A stretch of 62,667 bases of DNA, counting the filler, from Sphacelaria rigidula (Eukaryota), in the NCBI GenBank assembly GCA_964200075.2. It is 11 parts of 11 records of this genome, joined end to end, with 100 filler letters (N's around TTAATTAATTAA, not from the genome) between each part and the next. Parts side by side here need not be neighbours in the genome. Positions count along the whole stretch, not along the records: positions 11,415 to 17,020 come from CAXNAA020025923.1; positions 17,121 to 22,726 come from CAXNAA020025924.1; positions 22,827 to 28,432 come from CAXNAA020025925.1; 8 more parts are not named here. One strand, 5' to 3'. The notes beneath the pieces were generated by a model. That model was not told the origin of the DNA and did not search any database. It saw only the letters and a list, made by a program, of their open reading frames with translations. Positions 12,287 through 23,960 of the stretch are shown here, in pieces (positions within the stretch are counted from its first letter, which is position 1; every line of letters begins with the position of its first letter). Both the position numbers and the translations under genes were made by a program.

Positions 12287-15200
12287 CTCGGTCCGAACGG
12301 GAGCGATATCCGTTTCCATGGCCGCTGTGATGCGGAAGCCAAAGTGAGCGTATGCGCAGTATCCACACTCCACACACAAGAACGCCTCAAGCGACTCGTA
12401 ATTGATGTGACGGCACTGAATCGGTTATGAGCACACCGTCAAAACGAAATCACGGAGGGGGAGACGGCGGAATAGGGGTTGTGATATTCAGACGCGTTAC
12501 TAGCCGGACAATCTAATACATTCTCACCTCAACCCGACGCGACGGGACGAGACCCGATCCCACACCAAAAAACGCGTTTCGATTCAATACTTGGCAGCAA
12601 TACAAACCAAACCACACACGTCGGGGTTTTGAAAGACACCTGGCAGCACTGGAAAGCCACTTCCCCGCATTGGCGGCACACCCCATGCATGTCCGTCACT
12701 GGCCGTCCACACCGAGGACAGTGGAGCGCGCCGCCGCTCCCGTGACCCCTCCTTCCACCACTCCCGCCGCCCGCCGCGTCGTCCGCCCGTGCCGGATCGG
12801 GGTGGAAGTCGGCAAATTCTATCATGATGTTGGCGCAGCTTAGCGGTATCGCAAGGTCGAGCTGCACTGACGTCTTATCGCGTGGAACCTGAGGGGCGTA
12901 TTTCGAGTATACCAGGTGGCGGCGCGTGGGGATGGGAAGGGCGCAGGAAAAAATGGCGGGAAGAAGCAGTGAGTTGGGCCACGATTTCATCATCCCGCAT
13001 GCGTGGTAAGTGCGTTGTGCAGTCTTTACAGCAGAAATTACGTGTGTGGAATGATAACAAGGAAAATGGGTGATGACCGTGTGGGGACAACGAATTACAG
13101 CACGAGCCTGGTACCGATCGAAAGCTCTACTCACAGGCTTTGCGCCGACGCCAGTTCTACGTTCGCATTCGTTGTTGATGTCCAGTAATGAGCAGGCAGC
13201 GTCATTTTAATCATCCCGAGACGAATTATCCCGTGTTTGGAAGCCGTGATCGAATGATGTACAGATGGCGACAGTTGCATTGGAAAGTCCTTGAAAAAAG
13301 CGTCCATTCGATATAGGTAATGTAGGGTATTTTCGTCACTCCACCTTCACGTGAAAAACATAGACTTCCTCACAACTGAATATATTGTCGCCATCTCATG
13401 AGCGAGAGCACCACGGCACGAATTCACGAATGGACGGCACTCCGCCAACCGCCAGATGTGCGCAATTGAAGGGGGAGGATAAGGTTACCAGGTGCAAGCC
13501 ACACACACAAAACTCAGACGACAAATCGGCGATGAAATATCACGACAATCATCATGAAGATACTTTTACCTCCACTGTCCCCGCCAACCTCCACTTCGCC
13601 ACGTTCTCCGGCAGTTTGAGGTCGTTCAAGTTTGCCACCGGTTTGGTGTGGTAATGCAGCCGGATTGTACGCACGAATCGCCCGTGAGCATCCGCAATAC
13701 GCACGGACAACCGTCGGATCTTGAACCGGCCTTTCAGCTTCACCTGACAAACGGCGAAGGCAATACGGAGATCATTAGTTGGATGGAACATGTTTTTTGT
13801 GCGACCACGCCGTTTCTGCGAAACAGCGTGGCAGCTACAATCTAATGAAAGGGGTCACCTGCAAAAGACTTGGCTGGGGTTGCATACATCTCCTGCAAAT
13901 TATTAGCATGATGACCTAGGGTGTAAACTGGCAGGCGTTGATCACAGGCTCGTGTGTGAAAAATATATCGAGGATGCTGCTGCCACGTTCGTCGCACGTA
14001 CAATTCCAGTGAGCACAAGGGCTAACCTAGGGACGCCATGAAATGCACAGAATACTGGCCATCACAACGTGTTTCGACGTTAAAGTGATAAAAATGCCCA
14101 CGCCACACGCACACACTCCGGCACAAGCGATGAAGATCTTACCAGCATCGCACTCTCGGTCGACTTCGAGGCAGCCTTTACGGAGTCCAACGGATAGTTC
14201 AAGAACACCAACCCCGATCCCGCGCCCCCTCCACCGCTTGCCGACGCTGACATCATCCCTCCAGGTGGCGCCGAGGCCAACGCGGCTGTTGCTGCCGCGG
14301 CTGCCGCTGCCCCGCCGCTAGTGCCCTCACTCTCTCCCGCCGCAGTTCCGGCCGCCATCTCGCCCCTCCTTTCTTGCTCGAAACAAGCTAGGCACGGTTC
14401 GAGCTCGAGATAGTGACCGGCACCGGGAATGATCCTGGCGATCGCCGCGTACAGCGCGGCGTTGGGGTGGTTCCGGAGGTTCGCCCACAGCTCCTTCACC
14501 CCAGCCGTCGCTGCTCGAACCAGCGCACGAAGCGGCGGCGACAAGGCACCCGCCGCCTCTACACCTGCCTCATCCCCCGCCCTTGATGAGCTCGAACTAT
14601 TTCCTGCTCTGTCAGGCGACACCACCTGCGGGCATGAATCCGCTACGGCATGGACGAGGAACGATAGCCACTCTCGGGCGCGAGAACTCTGCCTCGTTGC
14701 CGAAGGGAGGTGACCAGCGAGACAATGAACTACCTCGGGACGAGATTCAGGGGGGTTTGCCGCCCACAGATGGTGGAGCACGCTCGCAGTGCGTTGTCTG
14801 GCCTCCACCCCGACCCTAGGCGATAAGAGGTACTGAGCCATCGCCACCAGCGTGCCGGGACCCACCAACCTCCGAGAGATCAGCAACTGCGCGGGGGACT
14901 GCAACAGCCCTGGCTGAGGTGTGCTGCTCTTCGCCATCGCGACGCTGACGAGACTCGTTGATGGGTTACCTCCAGGTGTTGCGGTTGCCGGTTCTGCTGC
15001 TCCGGCTTGGCGCTCACCCGCCCGAGAAGCACGTGCAAGGTCTCCACCACCGGTGCTGGTCGACGTCCTTCGCGCCAACGCTACCTGAGCGAATTGAGTA
15101 AGGAATGTGCCCCTGAGCGCATCCCCCGGTTGAGCACCAAGTCCCTGTCCGGCAGTCGTTGTGATGGCCGTGGTTGTCGCCAGGGACGAATGATCCTCCG

Positions 15201-16848
15201 GTCGAAGAGTCAACTCAAGCAGTTGCCACAGAATAGATTGGAGCTCGCCCAACGAGGAGGTGGACGGTGTGGGTCCAGCGGCCTCAGCTGCCGTAGTGGT
15301 AGCTGCCGCCCTCCTAGCCCCCGTTCCCCCGCCGCCGCCGCCACTATCGCATAGCGCAAAAAGCACGCATACAGGAGAATGAACCCCGAACTCGGTCAGC
15401 GGTGCACGTTCGTGACCGGTGTTTTCCACTGATTGTGCCAACACTGTATCGGCCGTGACGGCCTCGGCACTCTGCGCGCTTGTGCTCGGCGAATAAATGG
15501 ATGTACCCGCATCATCAAGGCGCGGCAGGCGCGGCGACGCGCAGTATCTGCGCCAGTTGACCGGTCGCGTCTCCGCTGCCTTGAGGAGGCTGCTGAGCGA
15601 TCTATGCAGAGCAACCTGTGCTTCCAGCACGATCGACACGTTGGGTTAACCAAATATACCCCCGAGTTGAACGTGCAGCGGGGGTAACCGTACGACAAAC
15701 ACAAAAAGGGAAGGGGGTTGTTAGATCAACACAAGAACGCAAAAGCCGTAGCAACAAACAAAACGGCGGGATAGATAAGATGAGCGAAATGATGCACGTG
15801 CCACCGACGCTGAAGGGGAGAATCGTATCGAAGTGCATCGACATTAGGGCAAACGCACGTACAACAATACCCCCTCCCCCCCTCTTCCCGCCAGGCATCA
15901 CGCCGCGCCCTGGTCTGTTCATCGCGTCACACTAGTGTGCGCCAATTTCACACCAACCTGTGTAGTGAATGGCAAATCGTCTTCTATATCACTAGCGACC
16001 GCAGCGCCACAATTATTGCCACAAGCAGTTATCGCGGCAGCAGCTTCCTCGCGCCCTCTTTTTCGCCCCGCTACCGGCAACGCGGGAGGATATCGCAACA
16101 TATCGCATGCTGCGCGAGCCACCCCCGGAGGTAGTGACTCCAGGACCTTGCGGAGCTCGGCCGTGAACTGGTAGCCGTCGCGGACACTATGATACGCCGC
16201 CTGATCGAAGTATGCAAAAAAAGTGTTGGACATGGTGCCGACGCACGTCAGGAGCAGTGAGCACAGTGTTGGTGGGAAATGGGGGAGGTATGCGCCAGAT
16301 GGAATGGGTAGAAGGCGGAATAGATTTGGTCGCGTGCTCATATGTCAAAAGTTGCACCGGGTGTTGGCTGATTCAAATCAAGATGGGCACGAAGAGACAA
16401 GGCGAGCTTCCGCTGCAGAAACGGCACGGGTTGAGGGAAAATAGTTGTTATTGCTGTCCTCAGAAACTGAACGTGTTGTGTACTCTACAGATATGCTGTC
16501 GCACAAAGTCACTAACGTGTGCGAATGGAAAACACGTTCGATCACGAGAATGATTCCCAGAAACATGCGTTTCGCACGGTACCATACACGCTTGAATTGT
16601 TTGTGTGCTGTGCTGCGTGTTACCTGCGTGCCGCACAGTTTACGGAGCAACCGCTTCGCGTCGTGCCGCAGGGACTTGAGTTCCTTGTCCGCGATTAGCG
16701 AGCACAGCAGCGACTTCCACTGACGAAGCCAGGGCTGGTCGTGTTGCGGTTGCTGTGGCTGCGGCTGTAGGGTACCCGTCGCGGGGGTGCTCGAAGCAGC
16801 ACCACCACTTGGCAAATTCTGGGTCTTTCTAGACAAGTTCGTGAGCAC
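12287..16848 (-). CDS. UBR4: E3 ubiquitin ligase UBR4 / auxin-transport BIG homolog, internal part (exons 16848-16624, 16200-15958, 15615-14143, 13743-13570, 12888-12640, 12415-12287)
   Basis: Six GT-AG, phase-0 exons splice in frame. Hallmark UBR4/BIG motifs are present: HPNAALY...YLELEPCLAC, VKLKGRFKI...RFVRTIRLHY, IPLSCANIMIEFADF, LHCPRCGRPVTDMHGVCRQCGEVAFQC, CRHINYESLEAFLCVECGYC. Confidence 0.92.
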
Positions 16849-17120
16849 CTGCCTCGTGTGAAAGAGACGCACACAAGCAGTGAAGTCGGGGGCGGTTGAG
16901 TGCTTGGATAGCTAGCTAGGCAGTAACAGAATTATGGCGCACTGACACGTACGGTGAACGAGGTGTTCAAAAAAAAAAAAAGCTGTGTTATTTCTCCGGC
17001 GCCCCCCCCCGGGGGGGGGGNNNNNNNNNNNNNNNNNNNNNNNNNNNNNNNNNNNNNNNNNNNNTTAATTAATTAANNNNNNNNNNNNNNNNNNNNNNNN
17101 NNNNNNNNNNNNNNNNNNNN

Positions 17121-17267
17121 CGAACACACCACGGCGCTTCGCGCTTGGTAATTGAGTGCGAGCCTGGTTCGGCAAAAACCCGGCGTGCTCCATCCCGGTT
17201 TTGTAGGGTTGCGGGGTCAATGGTCTGATGACCATGGCATGCATGACCATGAGTACACCCCCCCCCC
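17121..17267 (+). mobile_element. Poly(C)-tailed retroposon-like element, subfamily 1 (cut by contig start)
   Basis: Matches 56475-56615 and the reverse complement of 55250-55390. Ends CATGAGTACA-C10. Confidence 0.7.
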
Positions 17268-17822
17268 GGAGGGCATTTTTTCGAAAATTATCATGATTTT
17301 TTATTTACTTTTTTGTCAACTTTATTGCAAGAAATTGATCAATAACGTCTGTTTCGATCCTTTTCTCTTAATGTTGTTCTTAATCTTGCCAGAAATTGAT
17401 CAGCAAACACTGACAACAACCGAGAAGTCTGGTGGGCCTTGCGGGGTTCGTATATCTGCTTCTGCTCCTCACCACCTCAACAGGAAACAAAATCAGCAAA
17501 AGCTCTTTTTAACTCACCTTTTCGTACAGTTCTGATATCGGGTCTTACTATCGAAAAGGTGTACAGGTACAGTTGTTCTTGCAAGCAATTTGCGCATCAT
17601 GTGTTGCGGAGGCACATTGTTCATAGATCCTCGGTTATAATTACGTCAAAATAGTGTCAAATCTAACAAACTATGTCGCAAACGAACCGCACGCGAAAAT
17701 GTAGTTCGCCGCTCGAGAACAAGGGGAAAAAATAAAAGTACGTTGAGTTATGGCAGATTTTCCCCTGTTTTTTAGTCACCATTAATTCGGCGGGAAATTG
17801 ACCATATTACTAACTCGCTTGA

Positions 17823-18125
17823 TATTTGATGGTTGCCCACAAACGAGGGCTCTAATGAAGCGCACGGGCGATGGGAACACGTATTAAAACACTTTGGGCC
17901 CAAAAATGGTTTTCGGGTTAAGTTTGGCCGTATCTGTCAAGACTATCCCGGTTCTCCTCAACCAGGCGCTGGAGCGGCAAAAATTGATGAAAAGTGGCCG
18001 TATTTCGCTCAATATTCGATGGCTTCTCACAAATGATGGCTCTAATGAACCGCACGGACAATGCAAACACGTGGCAAAACACTCTGGCGCCAAAAAAACA
18101 TTTCCTGTCGAGTTTGACCGTATGT
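17823..18125. repeat. Diverged tandem duplication, period ~191 bp
   Basis: ATT(T/C)GATGG...GGCTCTAATGAA.CGCACGG...AACACGT...AGTTTG(G/A)CCGTAT occurs at ~17823 and ~18014. Confidence 0.6.
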
Positions 18126-20515
18126 TTCAGGCCAATAGTCGTGTTGAAGAGAGGGGTGGTATTCAGAGTTTGTGTATGTATGAATAGGTGATTGACTTTT
18201 GTCAACTATATCTGAAAACAAAACCACATAAATTTTACCTTTGCTATCAACGTTCAGCCTTAGATCATCGTTCGACGTTGGCAACTCTAAAGCCATTCAC
18301 CCTCTCTGTGTATTTTCCCTTCTTCATGGTTTTTCAGTGCCTCCCCTTGGAAATCGTGCACGGCGTTTTTGCCAAACACTTGCTTGCAAGTGTGGCACAC
18401 CCAACCTCGTTCCTTAGACCAAGTCGCGAGACGGGCGACGAACGGGGCAGCGGCCGCTCCAGAAGATACATCAGAGCCTTCGCTATAATAGTAGAGGGAA
18501 CTGCTGAAGATGAGCTTGGGGGGTGGCGGCGTGTTCGTCATCTGAGTGATTTACGTAGCGAGGATCTCTGTCCACGGCAGCTAACTGCATCCGCCAACGC
18601 TTCGGCAGTAAAGCAGGGGACAGACGGCTGGGTCCCCCCCCCCTCCCAAGATCATACGTGATTGTGTTGGTTGTTTGTCAAGTACGTGCATGTCCCCCTG
18701 TGGTTGCCATGTTCATGTCCCCCACCTCGTGAACCAATAGTCTGTTCGCGGAGAGGTTCTCAGGGTTGAGGTGTGATTCTGTTGTTTGATTGCCCGAATA
18801 CGTGCCTGCGCCCCCGTGGGCGCCATGTTCATATCCCCTTCCTAGTAAGCCACTTGTCCGTTCGCGACAACCTGTCCGAAATCTCCCCAACATACTTTCA
18901 TGAGTGCTCTCATCCACGGGTGGTAATTTTTTATCCATTTTCATCCATTTTCGCCATAATTTTCATCCATATCCATCCATAAGTGGACAAAAATAGACGA
19001 AAATAATTGAAAAATAAAGCCTGTTATGAGGACTGCAAGTCAGATGAGTCTTGAACCTGGCTCGTGCCACTCGGACTTGTCCGGGCTAAATGTTTCGACC
19101 GATTTCCGGATGATCGACCCGTATGTCTCACCCTGCATGGGCCAAAGGCCGAGAAAAAATAGCTCGGCTCGAACATGGCGGTTTCTCGCCCTGTGCTGGA
19201 AACAGAAACGTTGAAAAAAACAAAAGTTAGCCGTCCTCGCCATCACTGGAACTTTAAATAATGCTAGACTGTCGCAGGTGTTGGTGAAGGCCTCCTTATC
19301 ATATTTCACCACTTTTTTCCAACGTCCCTGCCCTCTGCCGCACCGGCTCTCAAAATAATGCCGGAAAAACAAGAAAATCCACATTTCGATCCGAACGTCT
19401 TTCAGTATGAGTCGGATTTTTTTTTTTCACAGTATGCATTTTCACGGTTTTGTCTCTTCCAACAAACTAGACTAGAGCATCATCAGCACTTGCTCTGTTG
19501 GGGAGATACTATCTGCACGCCGTAAGAGACTCTTACTTGTGGCACAGAGGAAGTATTACCATTCTCCTCGACCAGTTGGCGGATGGTGACCCTCGACTTT
19601 CAATCATGACGTCCGGTTGTCAAAGAGAAGACATGTGTCATGTTCAATTTTTACTGGGCTGATTATTTGTACTCTCCTATTCCCGGGATGGACATGCCAA
19701 ACCAGGTCGCCATGTCCAACACCCTCCGTCGGTGCAATACATGCCATTTCGGAACATATAAAGTGCCGCATCACCGTTTTTTGCATGGTTCGCGAATATT
19801 TTGTATCAGTTTTTCGGGGAACATTTTCTCACATTCCGACTAGATTTCAATACGCATGGCCCGTAGAAATCACACCTTCTTTTTTCCCGTGTAAGGAATG
19901 GTCATGCGAGACTACTGTTGTTACCGTGTTTCATAGGGGCATGTAAGATTTTTTATTATTCCCGTCCAATCTCAAAGACGGTACTATTATAGTAGAGACT
20001 GCTCGTATGAACAACGGTATATTGTTTGTGTTCACGTGAATATTCCGCGGGTAGAGACTGTGACTACGGAAATACGGGAATTTCGGGAGCTAAAGACGTC
20101 CCGAAAACGACAGTACACGACGCTGTACTGTAATATCTACCTTCGCTTGCGCAGCGTCCGTAGGATAACCACGGGACACTCTTCAAGGCTTATATACTAG
20201 TTGGCAAACTGCACTGGGTACGTAGGCGTGTTTGCCAACGTTCCCCCGAAACGCGGAATAAAGGCTCACATATTCCAAAACTATTCTGAAATTAAGTGAA
20301 AATATAACACTCCCGTGTGTTCTACCGCGGGCAGGGACGACGCTATGAATGGGAACGTTACCCTGAGTATGAGCAAAAAGTTTAACGGTTTTCAATCGTG
20401 GTGCTGTACTACGTCTGGAGGCTCTGCGACTAAAAATGGCATACTTGTCACGTCGTTACTAACTATTCCCGTTCCCTGCTTGCGTTTTTCTCTCAACACT
20501 TGCTCTTCAAGAAAC

Positions 20516-22358
20516 ATGTTATATCTGTTGGGTCTCGCGGCATCATTCGTAGTCCTCGGATCCGCAGCTAGCAGCGGGCTGGATGTCGTAGACTTACCGT
20601 TAGGATTCATGCCCGAGGGCATAGCGCGTGGAGACGGGTGGACCGCGTACGTCGGGAATCGCCTAGGTGCGTAAAACACGAGATAACTCAATACTTTCTC
20701 CGGCCACCGTAGCTCTCTGCTTTCAACTTTGCACTGATTAGTCCCAGGGTGCCAAAAGGTGTATAAGCCCAAATCTTCCCGTGTAGATTTTCTGCCGGAC
20801 ATTTTCCACGGGGTTCATTCGGGGGAAGGTATGACCCACAAGATCGATTGGATTTTAGTACTGACCCCGCCAACGGCACAAGCGTAGTTTACCTCTATTT
20901 GTGGCTCGATGCTATACGCGTAGAGGCATCCGTCACCGCGTTTTGCTCCGTGTAGTCACATATTTTGCCTAAATACTAACGGGGAAAATATGGGTCGATC
21001 CCTTGAAACTGCGGGCTCGTTCCGACAATGGGGAAGAGTTGAAAATATCCCGAAACAACGCATACGATTATCTAGCAATGTTCTCTATGATCATGTGGTG
21101 TATGAGTAGAAAGCTTCATGTCTCCATGTATTGACAACCGATTTTAGCCTGACAGTTTCCTTTTTCACTTGGCTGAGCATTAGCATACACTGTACATGAT
21201 TCCTTTTCTCCCATTTGAGGTGCGGTAATGCGTAAAATTCCGTTGTTTTCGCAATCGACACCACCGAATCCTGAAGCTGCCACTGTCAGCAGGCAATAAT
21301 TATAGTAGTGAATTGTGCTGACTGCTCCAACCCCTCACTGTTCCATTTTCCGAGAATAGAGAGTTTCGGAGAACGCTTTTTTTGTCATTTCAGAGTGCAA
21401 ATATCTCAAGATCAGAAACGAGAAATAAAATTAAAAAAAAAACACCTCATCGAAAAATAGTCAAAAGGATACCACATTTGAGGGAGCGGGGGACATTGTT
21501 TTTTTGTCACACTCTAATCCCGAGATATATTTGCACTCTCAAAAAATGGCAAAAAAGAGTTTTCCGAAACTCTCTATATGCCTCCTCTTTCACGGCGCTC
21601 GTTCTGGGCCCTGGGCAAGAACCATAACTGCGTCATACCGTTCACGTCCCATGATATCTCGGTGCTTCCCACAATCCTGGTGAGCGCAGACGGATCTATA
21701 TGGAGGGGAGATCTTACGACGGGCGAGGGTGAAATCGTCGTACCTGCTGTTGGCACCCTTGCCAACGGATTGGACTACGATGAGCGCTCCGGCTACCTGT
21801 ACGTTGCTGGTGGAGACTCTGGTGAGGAATTGCAGGGAGTGATCGGATTGGTGCATCTCGACCGCTGCCCCCCCAGTCGGGAATGCTCTCGCTGCCACGT
21901 GCGCTGGGAAGAAAAACGCTGATAATTTTGCGATCAGTCCCAACTAAGTCGTCCTGATACAGTGTGAGAGGTCTACGCTCTAAATGATATTCCCTAGGGC
22001 CCGCGATACCGTTCATGGCGGTATGTATGGTAAACCTGGTACGTTCTCAACCAGTACACAGCAACGGAAGTGCAAAGTTCATCACTGGGGTTCCTCGTGG
22101 TGCCCCTGCTGTCAAAGGTGCCCCGGCATCGAAATGATGTTATGCAATGTATATCACGACGAATGCCAAGATGTACACTTGGTGGTTTTTCTCTCCTTTC
22201 GCGCACCCCCAGGCACTGTTCGCGTCTACGACTCCAGCTTTGATCTCGTTGTCGACCTCGCCTTGGCCGGCGCGAACGTGACCTCCTTCGTGAATGATAT
22301 CATCGTCACTAGAACAGCGGTTTACATCACCGACTCCTTTAATCGCAACCTCTACAAG
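20516..22358 (+). CDS. Secreted SMP-30/gluconolactonase/LRE-like beta-propeller protein, 5' part (exons 20516-20666, 21690-21821, 22213-22358)
   Basis: An ATG and hydrophobic signal peptide (MLYLLGLAASFVVLGSAASS) are followed by an in-frame splice to LPLGFMPEGIARGDGWTAYVGNRL-DGSIWRGDLTTGEG...GLDYDERSGYLYVAGGDS-GTVRVYD...SFVNDIIVTRTAVYITDSFNRNLYK. Intron phases 1 and 1 are consistent. Confidence 0.85.
21359..21574. mobile_element. MITE with TIR GAGAGTTTCGGA...TCCGAAACTCTC, TA-flanked, in intron 1. Second copy at ~50807-51004
   Basis: Terminal inverted repeats extend ~50 bp (…TTTGTCATTTCAGAGTGCAAATATCTC / GAGATATATTTGCACTCT…), with TA on both sides. Confidence 0.75.
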
Positions 22359-22599
22359 GTGAGGGTCTGAACGTGTGGGTGGTTTGACGACAGTGATTGC
22401 TTGGATCGTTGCTCGACTATTGGATCGCTTGAGTCATCGATACGCAAGTGCAATATCTGTAAGATGAAGACCTTGATGTGCTTCAATTCTTGCTTACTCG
22501 GCCGTCAGATTCCGTCGTCCCTACAGCCGCTTATTTCCCTGCCCGCGGGGTTTGGTGGAGTTTGGTTGGGGCAAAAGCAGCCACCTCCCTTTTTTGTGC

Positions 22600-22674
22600 T
22601 CCGTCTCGAAAGGGATGCGTGCTCAATGGTCGAACGACTAAGGCAAGCAATAAATAAGTACGCCCCCCCCCCCC
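22600..22674 (+). mobile_element. Poly(C)-tailed retroposon-like element, subfamily 2
   Basis: TCTCGAAAGGGATGCGTGCTCAATGGTCGAACGACTAAGGCAAGCAATAAATAAGTACG-C12, with a possible decayed TSD CCCTTT...GTGC on both sides. Confidence 0.7.
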
Positions 22675-23244
22675 TTTCGGGTGCAACTTCTGAAAATCAT
22701 GAAGTCACTTCAATCTAGTGCAAATCNNNNNNNNNNNNNNNNNNNNNNNNNNNNNNNNNNNNNNNNNNNNTTAATTAATTAANNNNNNNNNNNNNNNNNN
22801 NNNNNNNNNNNNNNNNNNNNNNNNNNTGTTTTTCTTAGAGCCGGTGACCACCTTGTTACTAACGGAAAGGCCGAAAAGGGGGGGGAAGAATAAATGGGGG
22901 GGGGGGGGGGGGGTCCCGGCTTTTCCTCATGGAAAGAGCAAGCTAGCTAGTCAGAATCGGAGTACCCGTCCAGGCAGTGGTAATACGATTGCGTAAGAGA
23001 TTCGTAGAAGCTAAGAAGGCCTTCCGTGTACCGTTGCTCCGCAGGCTCTCCTGAGCCAAAATAGTTTTCCCACCCGATAGCGTACTGAGCATGATATTTG
23101 TTTGAATCGGCGATCATTTCCAGACTTTTATCAAGTGAAAATGATGCCGATTCCAGATGTGAACATCCAAGCGGTAAAAGGCGTCAAGTGGTGTGGCTGG
23201 TGGAGTTTGTAAGGATAAGAAATGGTGCCAGCTTTTTGTTGCAT

Positions 23245-23960
23245 ATTCTACGAGAATGCTGCACCGTTTCTTTCTCTGCACGGAGACGTAAAGAACATCG
23301 ATGCGTGGCGTGCCGTAATCGAAGCGTACCCTGCCTGTGCACCCGCGTGTCTCTATCGTTTGAAAAAGTCCTGCGCCCCCCCAAAAGTGAGCTTCCCGCA
23401 CTCCCATTTATAGTGTTCCCAACTTCAGTCAGCCCGTGTATCGGGGAGTCGTGGGGTTTTTGGGTGTGGATGTTTCCAAAAACACATCAGCATTTCGACA
23501 GATTTTTCTTTTATTCAATTAGTGTGCCTCCGTAAATGACTGGTCCACCACGAGACTGCAGCTCTTCTTCCTGCATGGAGACGCAGAGGACACAGATGCG
23601 CTGGCAGCTGTGATACGAGTGCACCATGCCTGTGCATCAACATGTGTCTATCGTTTGAACAGTTTCCGCGCTGAAAAGGAATTGTGAACGTCCCGCACAA
23701 TTCTTGCGGCCATTTGCAAAGTTCACAAGTTCAGAGAACCCGTTGATCGGCGAGGCTTCGGCTTTAGTAGCCTGTGGATGCTTCCAAAACACAGAAGCAG
23801 GTTGACAGGTTTCGTTGTTTTCAATCTGTGTACCTCCGCGTGCATGACTTGTCCACGACGAGGCTGCAGCTCCTCTTGCTGGACAGAGACGCAGAGGACA
23901 CCGATGCGCGGGTTGCTATGATACAAGTGCGATCTTTTTCTGCAACCACGTGTTATTGAG
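23245..23960 (+). repeat. ~300-bp diverged tandem repeat (about 2.5 units), possibly decayed coding repeats
   Basis: GAGACG(T/C)A(A/G)AG(A/G)ACA..GATGCG at ~23283, ~23578 and ~23886. TGTGGATG(T/C)TTCCAAAA at ~23465 and ~23773. Confidence 0.6.

Noticed and set aside
17222..17232. Hammerhead core CTGATGA in the poly(C) element
   Set aside because: It is present in only one copy (the variable loop position) and there is no downstream GAAA.
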